DNA from: Dimorphilus gyrociliatus
Lineage: Eukaryota; Animalia; Annelida
NCBI GenBank assembly: GCA_904063045.1
Contig: CAJFCJ010000028.1
Location: 124,001-188,000, forward strand
Direction: 5' to 3'
DNA length: 64,000 nt
The stretch's first letter is position 1. The number at the start of each line of letters is the position of its first letter. Of this stretch, positions 50,400-62,535 are shown piece after piece. The notes beneath the pieces were generated by a model that was not told the DNA's origin, searched no databases, and was given only the letters and a program-made list of their open reading frames with translations. Both the position numbers and the translations under genes were made by a program.

Positions 50400-53300
50400 T
50401 TATATTTGCTTATTAGAGAATTTATGCTTGAATTTTGCCAATACTCTCGGAGATCTTCTCGGAGAGGGGCACTTTGTCTTTTCATCCTCTGAACTGGAGT
50501 CTGTTACTGACAAAGTTTTACTCCTGTTTCTCATTATTATAGAATGTCTAGGTAACGGCAGTAAAGGCTCAGGACTATCTTCCCTCTCCTCGTTATCTTC
50601 GTATTCTAGGGAAAATATTAGAAATATATAAAACATAGTTTAAAATACGAAGAGCGTATACAGTATTTCTTACTTGTTATCACGAATCTTATATCCCCTC
50701 CAATAGAATGACTCTTTTTTAACAATTTCTTTGACTTCCTCTTTGAGTTGATTTGTTTCTCAAACTTTTGTTTCTCGCTATTTTCGGGTTTATCTTCAAT
50801 TTTTTTCTTTTTGCTTATTTCTAATCGTATTTCCTCATCTTTAGGAGGATTTTCGGCTAATTTATGGCCGTAGAGCATGTCCTGAATAGTTGGAGCTGAA
50901 TGACCCATAGAGTACAACTTTTTGATATGTTCTGAGATAGAATTAGATAAACTACTATTTTTTATACGTTCCGAGCTGGTTCTTTCGACTTTTTTCCCGC
51001 CAGATTTAGCCATACGTTCGTATTCATTTACTTTTGAAGTTACTGCAGTTTTAGTAGGTCTTTCTCTTAACTCTTTTACAACTATTGAATTTTTATCCTT
51101 TGCTGACTTGTACAAAATCAAACTCTCCGGAACGTTTGATTGCCTAACCAGACGCCTAATTGGTGGTGCTGATAAAGCTGAAGATTCAGTACTTAATTGC
51201 TTATGTGAAGATTCAATATAAATTTTGCTCTCTTTAACTGGTTTTCGTTCTTCAATCATATGTAAAGGTCTTTGTGGTTGTGTATTTACACGATTACATA
51301 TAGACTGTAGATCTACTTGACCTTCCAGAGATATGCCAAATCTTTCTGCAATTTCCTTTCTCTTTTGTTGTTTGTATAATCTTATACGTTCTTCTCTCGA
51401 AAGATGGGCGAAAAGATTGGATTTAAGATAGTCGGTTGCCGATACTTCAGAGTCTGTAGACTTTTCATCATTCTTTAATACGCAAATTCTCCTTGGCCAT
51501 CGAGGAGATGGTGGAACACTCGAATCAGTTGTTGAATCTGCAAATCTTATCTTATAATCTGTGCCAAATTCTCTGCTACCTCCTTCATTCTTGTCACCGC
51601 TCTCTTGTCTAATTAACTTAAAACTATAGGGAAAAATGACAATGTGTAAGGAGAATGAAAATATTTACGTTGTTTTTTCTCCTATTTAAATAAAAAATAA
51701 ATAAAGAACAATTATAATAAACAATGAATGACAACATAAAGATAAATTTATTAGGAAAACTCTATTGGAAATTGTGCGAAAGAGGTCGAATTTGGGTTAC
51801 AAGGAAGGAAATTTTAAAGATTAGCCCAATATTTGGCCTTCGCAAAGGTCATTTAGAGTGCATTTTTGAAAATTTAGCATCCTATAACAATCAATTTAAT
51901 AAATTAGACAAAAAGCATAAATCTTTTAAAAATATATTGAGAATTCGATTGGTAAAAAACATTGAATGCAAGATAAATTACAATGAAATAGAAGAAATAG
52001 AAGAAATACGCTTGGTCTATTTCATTGCTCTGACCTATTTTAAAACGATAGGTAATTTGAAAGAAACCTTAAATTTTATCTGCAAGATTTTGACAAAAGG
52101 ATCGGATAGAGAATATTGTCGAATTTCTTTTGAACTATGGTGCAATATTTATGAGATGTTAGCTTGGTTTTGCGAGATAAGAATAGAAACTGTTAAAAAG
52201 GTTATCGAGTATTTGATGCCGAAAGCCTTAGGTAGTTTATGCCCAAGATTTCTGTTTCAAGGCGGAAACTACGGTTTAGTCGGTCCCATAGATTATTTAT
52301 CTGTTGACTGTCCTCCTCTAACCGACGACATAAACTCTCCAAATGACGATAATTCAACAATTTCGAGCTCTGAAAGCTCATTTGTTAATTCATTTTGGCC
52401 GAAGGAATTGGAAGGTGAGCTAATCGGCGACAAATTTAAAGAGTTAAATGGAAACGAAGGGATGATGTATGGTTTCCTTCCTAAAGAGTTGGCAGAACCT
52501 CTTTCATTCGTCTCTAATCAGCGCCAACTTGAAGGAAATTATCTATGGACAAGTGAGCAACTTTTTTCTAAAAAGCCTATCAGTATGGCGAATAATCAAT
52601 TTGGCAGGGAAAAATTAGAGGACGTGAATAACGAAGATGCTGATGAATCATTCGACATCTCTTCCTTAAGTAGAGCTATTTCGAAAAGAAAACTTAACAA
52701 TTCCGATTCTAAGAAATTCAAAGCAGAAATAATTATTGGACGTAAGTGTGATATCCGGTCCTCTGATTTCTCTTCTAACTTGCTTCATCGGATAACATCT
52801 TGGACCAGGGCGTCATCTAGTCACGATTTTTCATCGACAGCAGAGGCTAATCAACAGGCGGTAAAGAGCACTGAAGAAATTTTGGACATAAACAACTCAT
52901 TTGACCCTTTAAGGAACCAAGTTTTGATTGAAAATACGATATTTGAAGTTCCTAAAATGTCATCATCTCTATTAAATTCTTCATCTACATCAATTTCTTC
53001 GAAATCTGAAGAATTACTATTAAATTTTAACACAATTAAGGCTGTACCATTCGTAAAAACACCAGACGGAATTTCTCCTACAGTGAGTTCTTTTTTCAAG
53101 CAAAAATATGTTAGAGGTTCCTGGAATGGAACGGTTGAACAAGGGAATATTACCAATCTCTCTTTTCGCGACGTACAGTGTCTACCTCTATGTAATGTAG
53201 AAATCCTCCACATAGGATTAATTGATATGAATTTGAAAGGGTCAGAGATATCGGGAAAGCTGCCCTTAACCTTCCGTTTCGGTCAAACAGGTCCTGATCA

Positions 53301-56300
53301 ACAGCTTTTATGCCGAGTTGAAGGTAAACTAGAGAACAATATTGCAACTGGAACTTTTGAAAGTGATATACTACCTAGGAGGAGTCTTATTGATAGTTCA
53401 CAGGATGTTCAAGATGAAAAGTACATAAGTACATATACAGAAAATCAAGAAGCTCCACCAAAATATTCTTTAATGCTCAATCAATTTGACAAAATTATCC
53501 AGGAGGAGAACGAAATACTGAATGCTGTTTCCGATTCTCAACTACTACATGACAAAAGAGAAATTAATAAGGCAAATGCCTTAAAAGTCTATTCTTCTTC
53601 TAGATACAGTCCTGATGTTTTCCAAGGGATCAAGTATCTATCTGGAGAGTGGTACTCTGATTATGATGGAAGAGAACTAGTTAACCTTGAAGTTCGAGAT
53701 ATTAGAGCAGTACAAACAGATCTAACGACTGCAAGTTTAACTGTAGCAAATTTAGAGGTTAAATCCGAAGTCACAGATAATATTGTGTCTGGAACGCTTC
53801 TACTAACGTTTATTTGCAAGGAGTTGGACAATAGGAGTCAAACAAAGGTATGCATCGTAAAAGGAGTAGTTGATGGGACACTAGCTAGAGGAACGTTTGA
53901 AAGCGAGCCAGATACATTTCATTCCGTTAAGCATAATGATACCATGTTTGTAAGAACTTTAAGTGAAATGAATTTATCTCCTATTAAAATGAAAAACTCC
54001 GTTAACGATTCCAGTATTGCAGAGGAAGAAAACGAACAAATTTCAAAATCTATTACAGGAGCTATCCGTAAGATATACGATGAAATGGATCTTAAAGAGG
54101 ATGATGAAAAATCTGACAGAATAATGTCAAGGTAATTAATCATCTTACTTCGTTTTATTATTTAATTTTAGAGTACTAATTTCAATAAATATGTAAAACC
54201 AATAGGGACCTTACAAACTACCCAGCTCATACTAATATTGTCTAAATAGTCAATCTTGACGGTGATGGATTGATTAGACAAACTAAAGCTAGGCTTGTAG
54301 TTTGTATTGCTCATTTAATCGCTAGCATATGTTAAGTCGTTTCCGTTTATCTTTGGCTTTTCAATAGATAAAATCTTAAAAGACTATTTAAAAGTTTGCT
54401 TTTGCAGGAGAGACGTAACGACCAGACCTAAACAACAAGTTCAATTGTCCAATAAAGGGAGCAAAGGTATGTTGCAAAAAATTTTTATTGGGCAATAAGC
54501 CAGATGATTACAATCATTTTAGTATCGAAAAGTCTATCATCAAGATTTAAGCCCGACTTAAGAATGGAAGACAGCTCGGATGGGAACATTACAGTAAAAT
54601 CCACCTCTTCCGCAATGTCTTTTAAGACATCTCGAGAAGATGTTCTTATAACGGGATATTGGCAATTTGAAGATCTTAATAAAGGAACTATTGAGAAATT
54701 AAGAGTAGAAAATTTAAAGGTTTTCAGATGCAGCAATCCAATAGCAAAAGTAAAACTAATAGAATATCAGCCTAACATTAAGATAGATGGAAATTGCGCT
54801 AAAGGAACAATCACTTTACAATTACTTATAGAAGACACGGAACCAATTAAAACATTCCTATGCGACATCATTGGCGTCGTGGAAAGTAATGGAAACGTTA
54901 GTGGAACTTTAACAAATGAAGATAGAATTAACGACAAACAAATGGAAGATCAATATATATCAACATATACTGAATTAAAACAAGTTCCGCCCAAATTATC
55001 AAGCGTAGATATTCATAGAAATTACATAGAAACCATAGAAGAAGAAAATGATTAAAGAAATAGTAAAACAAACCTAAACTTTTTAGTCGTCTCTTCATTT
55101 GCCTTTCTAACGAAAGGGCGCTTTAGTTGAGGCGAACTGTTGAATGTTACAGGCTTCAATTGGCCCGATACTGTTTTAAAAAAGAACATATATACTCTAA
55201 TAAATCTGATAATAAAAGTTAAATGGATAAAAAAACAGAAAGAAGAAGGGGGAGGGGCGGGCGAGCGATCGAACGGGCGGGCGGGAAACGTTGATGAAGG
55301 TATTCAATTAAAATTGATTAATTTGAATAGATCCTTTTTTTTACTTTCATAAAAGACTATACAAAGTTTATATATATATATAATCTGTATCTTGGATAAG
55401 ACAATGCTACTAACATCTTAATTGCAGCTGCGAAATAAGAATTTTGTGCAGGAAAAATACTGCAACGTGGTAGATACAATTACTTTTGCGTTCACTTGGA
55501 TCAACTTGCAATAACTAACTTATGTTTTTTCTTTAAATTTGTCTTTAATTTAATTCCATTACCTACTTTTTATCAGGCTTAGAATATACACTATTACACA
55601 AATTGTATACAGTATTATAATCATAACCTTTTAGTTGATTATCATTGATATACTAGACTTTAAGCAGTATCAATTTTCTTTTTCCCATTACTTAAAATTC
55701 TTCTACAAACCTGGAATTAATTGGCGTCCAGAAACTGAAATAAAAGCGGATTTTGAATCTTCAACATCGTTTTTGGAATGTTCTTTAAATTCTCCAACTT
55801 TTTTATATTCTTGATAATCGGGATGGCATCCTTCACTCCAAGTTTTCCCTCTTTGGAACCGTTCTACTTTGACGGAGAGGAGAAGAAAAAAAGGTAAAAA
55901 AGAGAAATTAGTTTTCTTAGAACGCATCATTTTACATCTTTCAACGAACTCCTAGGCCTAGAGTAGTGGAGTTATTTTAGAATATTTTTTTATGGTAATA
56001 ATTGCCAAAAGAGAATGAATAGCAATTAAGAAAGAAGTAAAAAATTAGATAATGTACAGATTCAAGTCTAAAGAAAACTGTTTATATTTACTAGTTGGAT
56101 TGTTTATATTAGCACCAAAAAGAGGCCTAAGTAGAGAAGGGTAAGAAGGTAAAAACGGGTATTTTTAATTATTATATGATATCCTCGAAGAGTTTTCTTT
56201 TATTTACATATTTTGTTTTTATAAAAGTAAGAATATTTTACAAAATTTAATCCTGACCTCTATTCGTAAATCTTGATCGAAATTTCTCCCATCTACATGA

Positions 56301-56306
56301 CGACAT
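50400..56306 (-). CDS. Low-complexity protein with a supervillin N-terminal-like motif; proposed exons 56306-56258, 55866-55711, 51681-51669, 51623-50674 and ~50608-50400; both ends uncertain
   Basis: The long open exon contains LSREERIRLYKQQKRKEIAERFG (cf. supervillin ERIARYKAERRRQLAEKYG). The proposed chain has consistent phases (1,1,2,1). No gelsolin repeats are seen. Confidence 0.5.
51724..55055 (+). CDS. Ropporin-like domain protein with three novel ~95-aa repeats; exons 51724-54131, 54408-54466, 54523-55055 (999 aa)
   Basis: N-terminal EIRLVYFIALTYFKTIGNLKETLNFICKILTKGSDREYCRISFELWCNIYEMLA resembles ROPN1L KIKWINFLAL...SLNTALKHLCEILTDD...ARIPFKTFSYVYRYLA. Splice phases 2/2 and 1/1 match, and the CDS is 3000 nt. 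Confidence 0.72.
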
Positions 56307-57699
56307 ATTCCCAGATTTTCTTTTCTTTTTCTCGTTCTTTTCTCTTCCTTTGTTTTTAATTATTTCCTTTCCTATCTTCACTAAAGCCCGTAAAACGTCT
56401 GAATACTGCTGTACATCTGCGGAATGCAGTACGATCTTACGGGGCGCTACTATCGCCCTACGTAAAACTAACCTTCAAATATTCTCAGTACCTTTATATG
56501 CCATTACGATTTATTCTAATCATATTAGCTGATTAAACGGAGAAAAATCTCTCTCTTTAAAAAACTTTTGGGAAATATGTTTTCTTGGAGAAAGTTTAAG
56601 CTTCAGCGACTCCTCACCAAATACTTCTTTCCGGTAGGAAAGATTCGATAAGAATTTAGGTTGTGCGATAGGCCTAATAACTCTCTTCAACCCCCACCCG
56701 CCCTCTCTCTCTCCTCGGGATTTAGATGTTTTCTGTTAGGTGTCGGACATTTCAGCCTACATTTCTAGAGTAACAAAAAAACTGTTTTTTTTTGTTTTAA
56801 TTGAATAATAGTAAAAATTACCATATAGACAAGATTGTAAAACCCCTCTACAGAGTAATTTGCATAAAGGTTATAGATGTCTTTTGGTATTAAACTTAAG
56901 TCTTTCAATTTTACATCTCTTTTTGCCTAGAAAGAGGAGCAAACTTTCTTCTAAAAAGTCAGATTGATCGAGATTATAACAGTTAGATAACAAGCATCTT
57001 TTCAATTGTTTACACTCTAGGTTGGATGCCTATGATATTGGTAGGAAGTCTACCAGCGGAAATAAGTAGGGTTCCTAGTGCTAATAATCGGGCTATAGAA
57101 TAATTTAAGAGCAAAGACCAGAAGCAGTTAAGTATTATTTATAGCCAATTATAATGAAAGTATTAGTAAATCGCGTGCTTTTTTTTACAACCCGTATACG
57201 TATCTTGCACTGGATAAACCCCTTTCTTAAATAGAGCGGCATCTAGAGGTAGATCAGTTTACTCGTTCCCTCGTAATACATTTTACTATAAACTTTTTTG
57301 CTAAACCAGAGAAGATATCTGGTCTTCAAACGGGTTAGCTCTGAATATGTTGTCTTAGCGCTTTTTATTACAAAATATTAAAATATTGAATTTCACAAAT
57401 GTATAATGGAGAAAAAGAAATTGATAAAGTAAACTACAAAACATAATTATTTTATTACATTAGATAATATTAAATTGATATATTTGTGACAATGATAATA
57501 AATTATATAAAAATTATTCATATATAATAAGAGAAGTTTCTCTCTTTCAATTGGAATTATAGTAAATTTGAAAATAAATACAAGATAAACTAACCTAGTT
57601 ACTAGTTTCCCCTTTACTTTTATTATCATAATTATAATTTTTTTTGACTAGGTAGGTATATATACTTTTTTATATTCTTCAAGATTGCCTAGACTATTC

Positions 57700-60415
57700 T
57701 TAATCCTCTTCGTCCTCCGTCGATGATATAATTATAGGTTCATCTTCTAATTAGTGAAAAGAATATTTATTACTGAACCTAAAAGATCACGATCGTTTAC
57801 CTGTCTCACTATCCTCTATAACTACTATTATATCTTGCAATGCTGTTTCATCTAGTTCTTCGTTGTCTTCGTTTTCGCTGACTGGTAAGGAATTTAAAGA
57901 ATAAGTATCGACGGCAACAGCGTCGAGCATATCCTGTAGAGCTGTCCATGCTGCGGATATAATATCAAAACTATAATCCAAAAGACCAATTGGCAAATGT
58001 ATTTCGTCGGTTTCTGAATAATTTTAATTGGAAGAAAAAGGAAAGCAGGGAGGGGATATAATAAGTATGTAAATGAAAATTAAAAAAAATAAGAGCTCAT
58101 ACCTTTTTTAGCTATTTTATTATGTTTTATCTTGTCTATCCCATCAAATACCTTTCGTTTCGATGGAATTCTCTTCTCAAGACCTAATACACTTAAAAAG
58201 TTAACTCGAGGTGAATCCGATCTCTGTCTACTAATCTCTGGTTCAGAAATTATATGTTTAGATTCGCCAATAATAGGAGCTCTATAAGGATAAGGGTAGG
58301 CAGTAATTCTACCGCATTTAACAAGATGAGTGCCTATTAATAAATGTTAAGAAAAATTATAATTAAACACAAATATCAAATGAATTAAATTAATATAAAA
58401 TAAAGTAATATAAGAAGCTTACTTAATTGATTACCATAATTAAACTTTTCACCGCAAGCACAATATAAAGGTTGTTTTAATCTCGAACTTTCTTGTAATA
58501 AACAAGTTCCGAAAGTATTATTTTTCTTATGTTTCAGGTATAAATGATTTTCCATTGATTTACAGCAGCTTGTTGAATATGTACATAAATCGCATTTGAG
58601 AAATGTACTGAAAATAATATTAACAGCATTATTTACAGAATACTGTACATTGAAAATAAACATAATTACTATATATGTTTAATGAAATCTGGTAAAATCA
58701 TCTCCTTGTTACACTCTATACAACGAATTTCATCCAACATAGATTTGTTAAATTTAATTCTTCGTAAATTCCATGTTTTCTTTGCCAAACCGGATTTTCG
58801 TACATATAAATCAATTTTGTGGGAGAAGTTTACAAGCTTTGGAAGGAAGTTTGTCATTTTTCTATGATCATTTCTAATATGAGCATTTAAATCTTCTTGT
58901 TTATAAAAGGATAGCCTGCATGATTCACACTTTAAATCAGGATTCGAATCGTGGATTGATAAATGACGATAAAAATCATTTGTGAGTAGAAACCTAGAAT
59001 TGTTTCCCAGTGTACCAACATCAATTATTTTTAAGCATATTCTACATAACAAATATGAGGAATCACCATGTCTTGCCTCAAAATGTTCTATTATATCATT
59101 ATATAAAGATGCTCTGAATTTGCACAGACGGCAAACATACGGCATTTCGGGAAACTTATGAAGTTCAAGAATATGCTTTCTTAATAAACAAGGATTGCCT
59201 GAATTATAGTAATTGCAAATATGACAAACTTGAGGATGATTTGAAAATTTATGAAATTTTTCTACATGTTGAAGGATTTTAAAGGGGGCTGAATATACTT
59301 TATTACAAATTCTGCAATATTGGTAATTTGTTTTTGAACTATCGCAAGTCTTTGAACGATTGTAAAAATGATTAAATATGTGATCCATAATTGCCAAATT
59401 TCCCAAAACATACTCTTCACAAAACGAACACTGATAAAAATCAAATTGATAAATAAATTTATATAATTAATTCATTTATCTATACCTTGAAAATAAATAA
59501 ATCTTTTTTCTCGCTATAAGTCGGTTTTCCATATTGTAAACCATATAAGAGATTTTCTATTGGAAGTCTTGCAAGAAATTGCTCAAAGCCAACTATGAGA
59601 GATGAGAAAGAAATGAAGGAAATTACTCAAATAATTAAAAAACATTCATTAATTAATGTTTAAACTTTACCAGATTGACCATCTTCCAATGTCATATTTT
59701 TTCCCGGTGAGACATCAATTTTAAGCTTTGGAATCAAATATCCTGAAATTGTTTATGAATAATACATGTATATAACGAATCTATTGCAATTGTTGTTTTT
59801 TTATATAATTTAAAAAATAGGCATACTACAACTATTATCTTCTGCTTTAACTTTGTCTAAACTGCCTGGTTCTAATTCTGAGATGTTCTCGTCTAGCCTT
59901 AATACTGTTTCATTAAGTGATATATCTAGCTCTTTAATATGTTTAATTTCTGAAAATTACACAAATCTCAAAGTATATATGTGTTAAATAGTTTCAAAAT
60001 ATCGTTCATTCAATTTAATATCAAAAGTTTTTATGATAAAAAATTGATTATTAACCATTTTCTTCTTCTTCCGAGTCGGATGAAAGTACTATTACTTCAG
60101 GATCATTTTTCAAAGGTAAATGAATATCTTTCCTTTCGATTTTTAAAGCTATACCATCTTCCATCTTTATATATTGATCATTGCATCCACTGAGAGCAAT
60201 CATCGGCACTTTCTTATCTTGAAAAAGTCTTTTTTGAGAAAGTGAGATTGAGTCTTGGAGGCATTCGTATCGAACAGTCGATGTAGCTTTTATATTAAAT
60301 TTACTGCTTATACTAACTAATTAATTAACTTAAAAAATATAACATTATTAATTATGTTGCAAAGTCTCATCATATGGGACTAAATAATAAACACCTAACT
60401 TGTTGTTTGCGCCAT
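57700..60415 (-). CDS. POGZ/ZNF280-like C2H2 zinc-finger protein, multi-exon
   Basis: HKFPEMPYVCRLCKFRASLYNDIIEHFEARHGDSSYLLCRICLK matches the POGZ/ZNF280 finger cluster. Acidic C-terminus; no DDE transposase domain. Confidence 0.75.
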
Positions 60416-60555
60416 GTTGAAAATAATAACCGATGTTTGACCGGTTTCACTTCTCCAAGCAACCGGTAATCCAAACATTTTTTTCAAGAAATTCGAATGT
60501 GTCTTTTTTCCAGTAATAGTAGAATATAAAGAAGGATTTCATAGAAGTTATTGTC

Positions 60556-61953
60556 ATGACAAAATCGTAATTGTCTTTATTTTTCATGATTGCTCATTGA
60601 AATTTAAAAAATTCATTTCGTTACAGTTCAGAAAAGACTTTATGGGATATTGCCATTGAAAATGCTAAAGAAAATCAAAGTAGGTGTCATACGCGAATAA
60701 AATCACTCAAATCAATAATTTCCATGTTATTTAAACGTTATTATTTGAAAAAACTATTCAAAATTCCTACTTTTACACTTCAGAAACGCAAGGAATATCG
60801 GAAGAATTATCTGTTCTGTTTCTTGGAAGTAAAACATGCGTAAGTTGTTATGGATTTATAAATTACCATATAAAAAATATTCCAATTCGATTTTAAAATA
60901 TATATTTAAATGAGAATTTCAATTTTACAATATTCCATAAATTTCAACAGGGCAAAACACAGCTCATTTTAAGATATTTGGATAAAGATGAAACTGCAAA
61001 ACCAACTACAGCTCTTGAATACACATATGTTCGAAAAGGGAAAGGTCAAAGTATGGCTAAAGATGTAGGACATATCTGGGAGTTGGGAGGTGGAACTTGG
61101 TTATCTCAGTTAATTGAAGTTGTTGCAAATCCCGACACTATCAAAAGCACTCACATATATTTAATGTTAGATTTATCCAAACCCGAAGAAATGTGGTTCA
61201 CTTTAGAGAAGTTATTAACAGCAATACGATCTAGAGTTGATGCTGTTGTTAGTCAAATTCCTGGTTTAAAGGATGCATTAACACAAAAGGCATTTGAAAG
61301 ATACGGGGAAAATAGTTTGGATAAAGAAGTTGTAAATCCTCTGCTTGTCCCTTTGATTATAGTTGGTGGCAAATACGATCTCTTTCAAGAAATAGAACCA
61401 GAAAAGAGAAAAGTAATAAGTAAAACTTTGAGATATATCGCCCATTATAGTGGGGCCAGTCTTTTATATTTTAGTTCTAAAATTGAACCACTAATTGGGA
61501 GAATGAGACAAATAGTAACTCATTCCCTATTTTCAACCTCACCTCCTAAAGGTACTTATACAGATCATGGAAAACCTATACTCATACTAGCAGGGCAAGA
61601 TAGTATGGAAAACATTGGACCTCCCCCTCTCCCAGAAGGAGATTTAGGTAGAATTACTGCAAAAACTCCTATGGATATGTGGAAAGCCGCATTCTCCTCT
61701 TATTTCCCACAAACTGACGTTACCGACCCTGCCCTTGTTGAAGATCCCGCCAAGGATTCTCAATATGCTGAGCCGTCAATTGATACTATGAGAATGCAAA
61801 AAGATGAGGTTCGTTAAAATTTTCATTTACAAATAATCATAATAAATTAATACAATTATTATTGATTTTTTATTCTTTTCTTAGGAATTAGAAAGGTATA
61901 AACGAATGGTTGAACGCCGGCAGAAAGACAAAAATCAAATTGGAGGATTTTAA
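60556..61953 (+). CDS. DYNC2LI1: Cytoplasmic dynein 2 light intermediate chain 1, multi-exon
   Basis: MTKS|SEKTLWDIA, GKT...KPTTALEYTY, KDVGHIWELGGG, LDLSKPEEMWFTLE, VPLIIVGGKYD and DPAKDSQYAEPSIDTMR. Confidence 0.95.
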
Positions 61954-62128
61954 CTAAAACTATCACAAATGTTATATTATTTTATTTATTCGTCAATTTC
62001 AAATATATACTTTATAACATTTCCACAGTGACATCCATAAGACATTCTTTATTTAACAGTTTTTTATTAAAAAGTCATAGAATCTATACGGTGATAACAT
62101 TTGACATTTATCTAAACTTATCCGAAAA

Positions 62129-62192
62129 CCGCCAAAATTCTTATTTTTGAAACGAGACCTACTATTGGCTGAGGGCTTTCCAATAAACCAAT
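62129..62192 (+). promoter_or_regulatory. Candidate cell-cycle promoter of STIL (E2F-like site, CHR and 3 CCAAT boxes)
   Basis: CCGCCAAAA at 62129-62137, TTTGAA at 62146-62151, ATTGG at 62164-62168, and CCAAT at 62180-62184 and 62188-62192. Confidence 0.5.
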
Positions 62193-62535
62193 CACCGCTA
62201 CGCTTACATTACGTATCGGTAAGATCGGTTATACCTTCTTTGGTGAAGTTGGATTCTCTTATGTGAACGATCTTTGATACTCTCTCATATCGACATGCCA
62301 AACATTCTATCGTTTTGAAACGATATTTTACAATATATTATATATATATATATATTGATCGTCTAATTTCAGATTCGATTATCACGATTACGATTGCGAG
62401 ATCTCTAGTTCAAACTTGTGCAGATCCTAACAAATTACGATTCTATGTGATTTTATGAATCTAACTGAATTCTACTGTGATTAGCGGATTAGCAGCCTCA
62501 TTTTATCATCTCTGATCTATATATAATCTTTAGTT

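Noticed and set aside
50158-50427. Extra terminal exon of the supervillin-motif gene via a GC donor at 50427 (RLLKILGNRSKK...GGQFCL*)
   Set aside because: Phase-compatible but needs a non-canonical donor and has no homology support; left unresolved.
5318-53347. Many short ORFs antisense to or overlapping real genes (e.g. 5318-5560, 6033-6245, 19246-19523, 20035-20238, 42511-42696, 43171-43434, 50922-51221, 52851-53347)
   Set aside because: These are shadow ORFs of codon-biased genes, with no motifs or splice support.
57700-60415. POGZ-like gene as a pogo transposon or mobile element
   Set aside because: No DDE transposase or CENP-B domain and no terminal inverted repeats. No mobile element or CRISPR array is supportable anywhere in the window.
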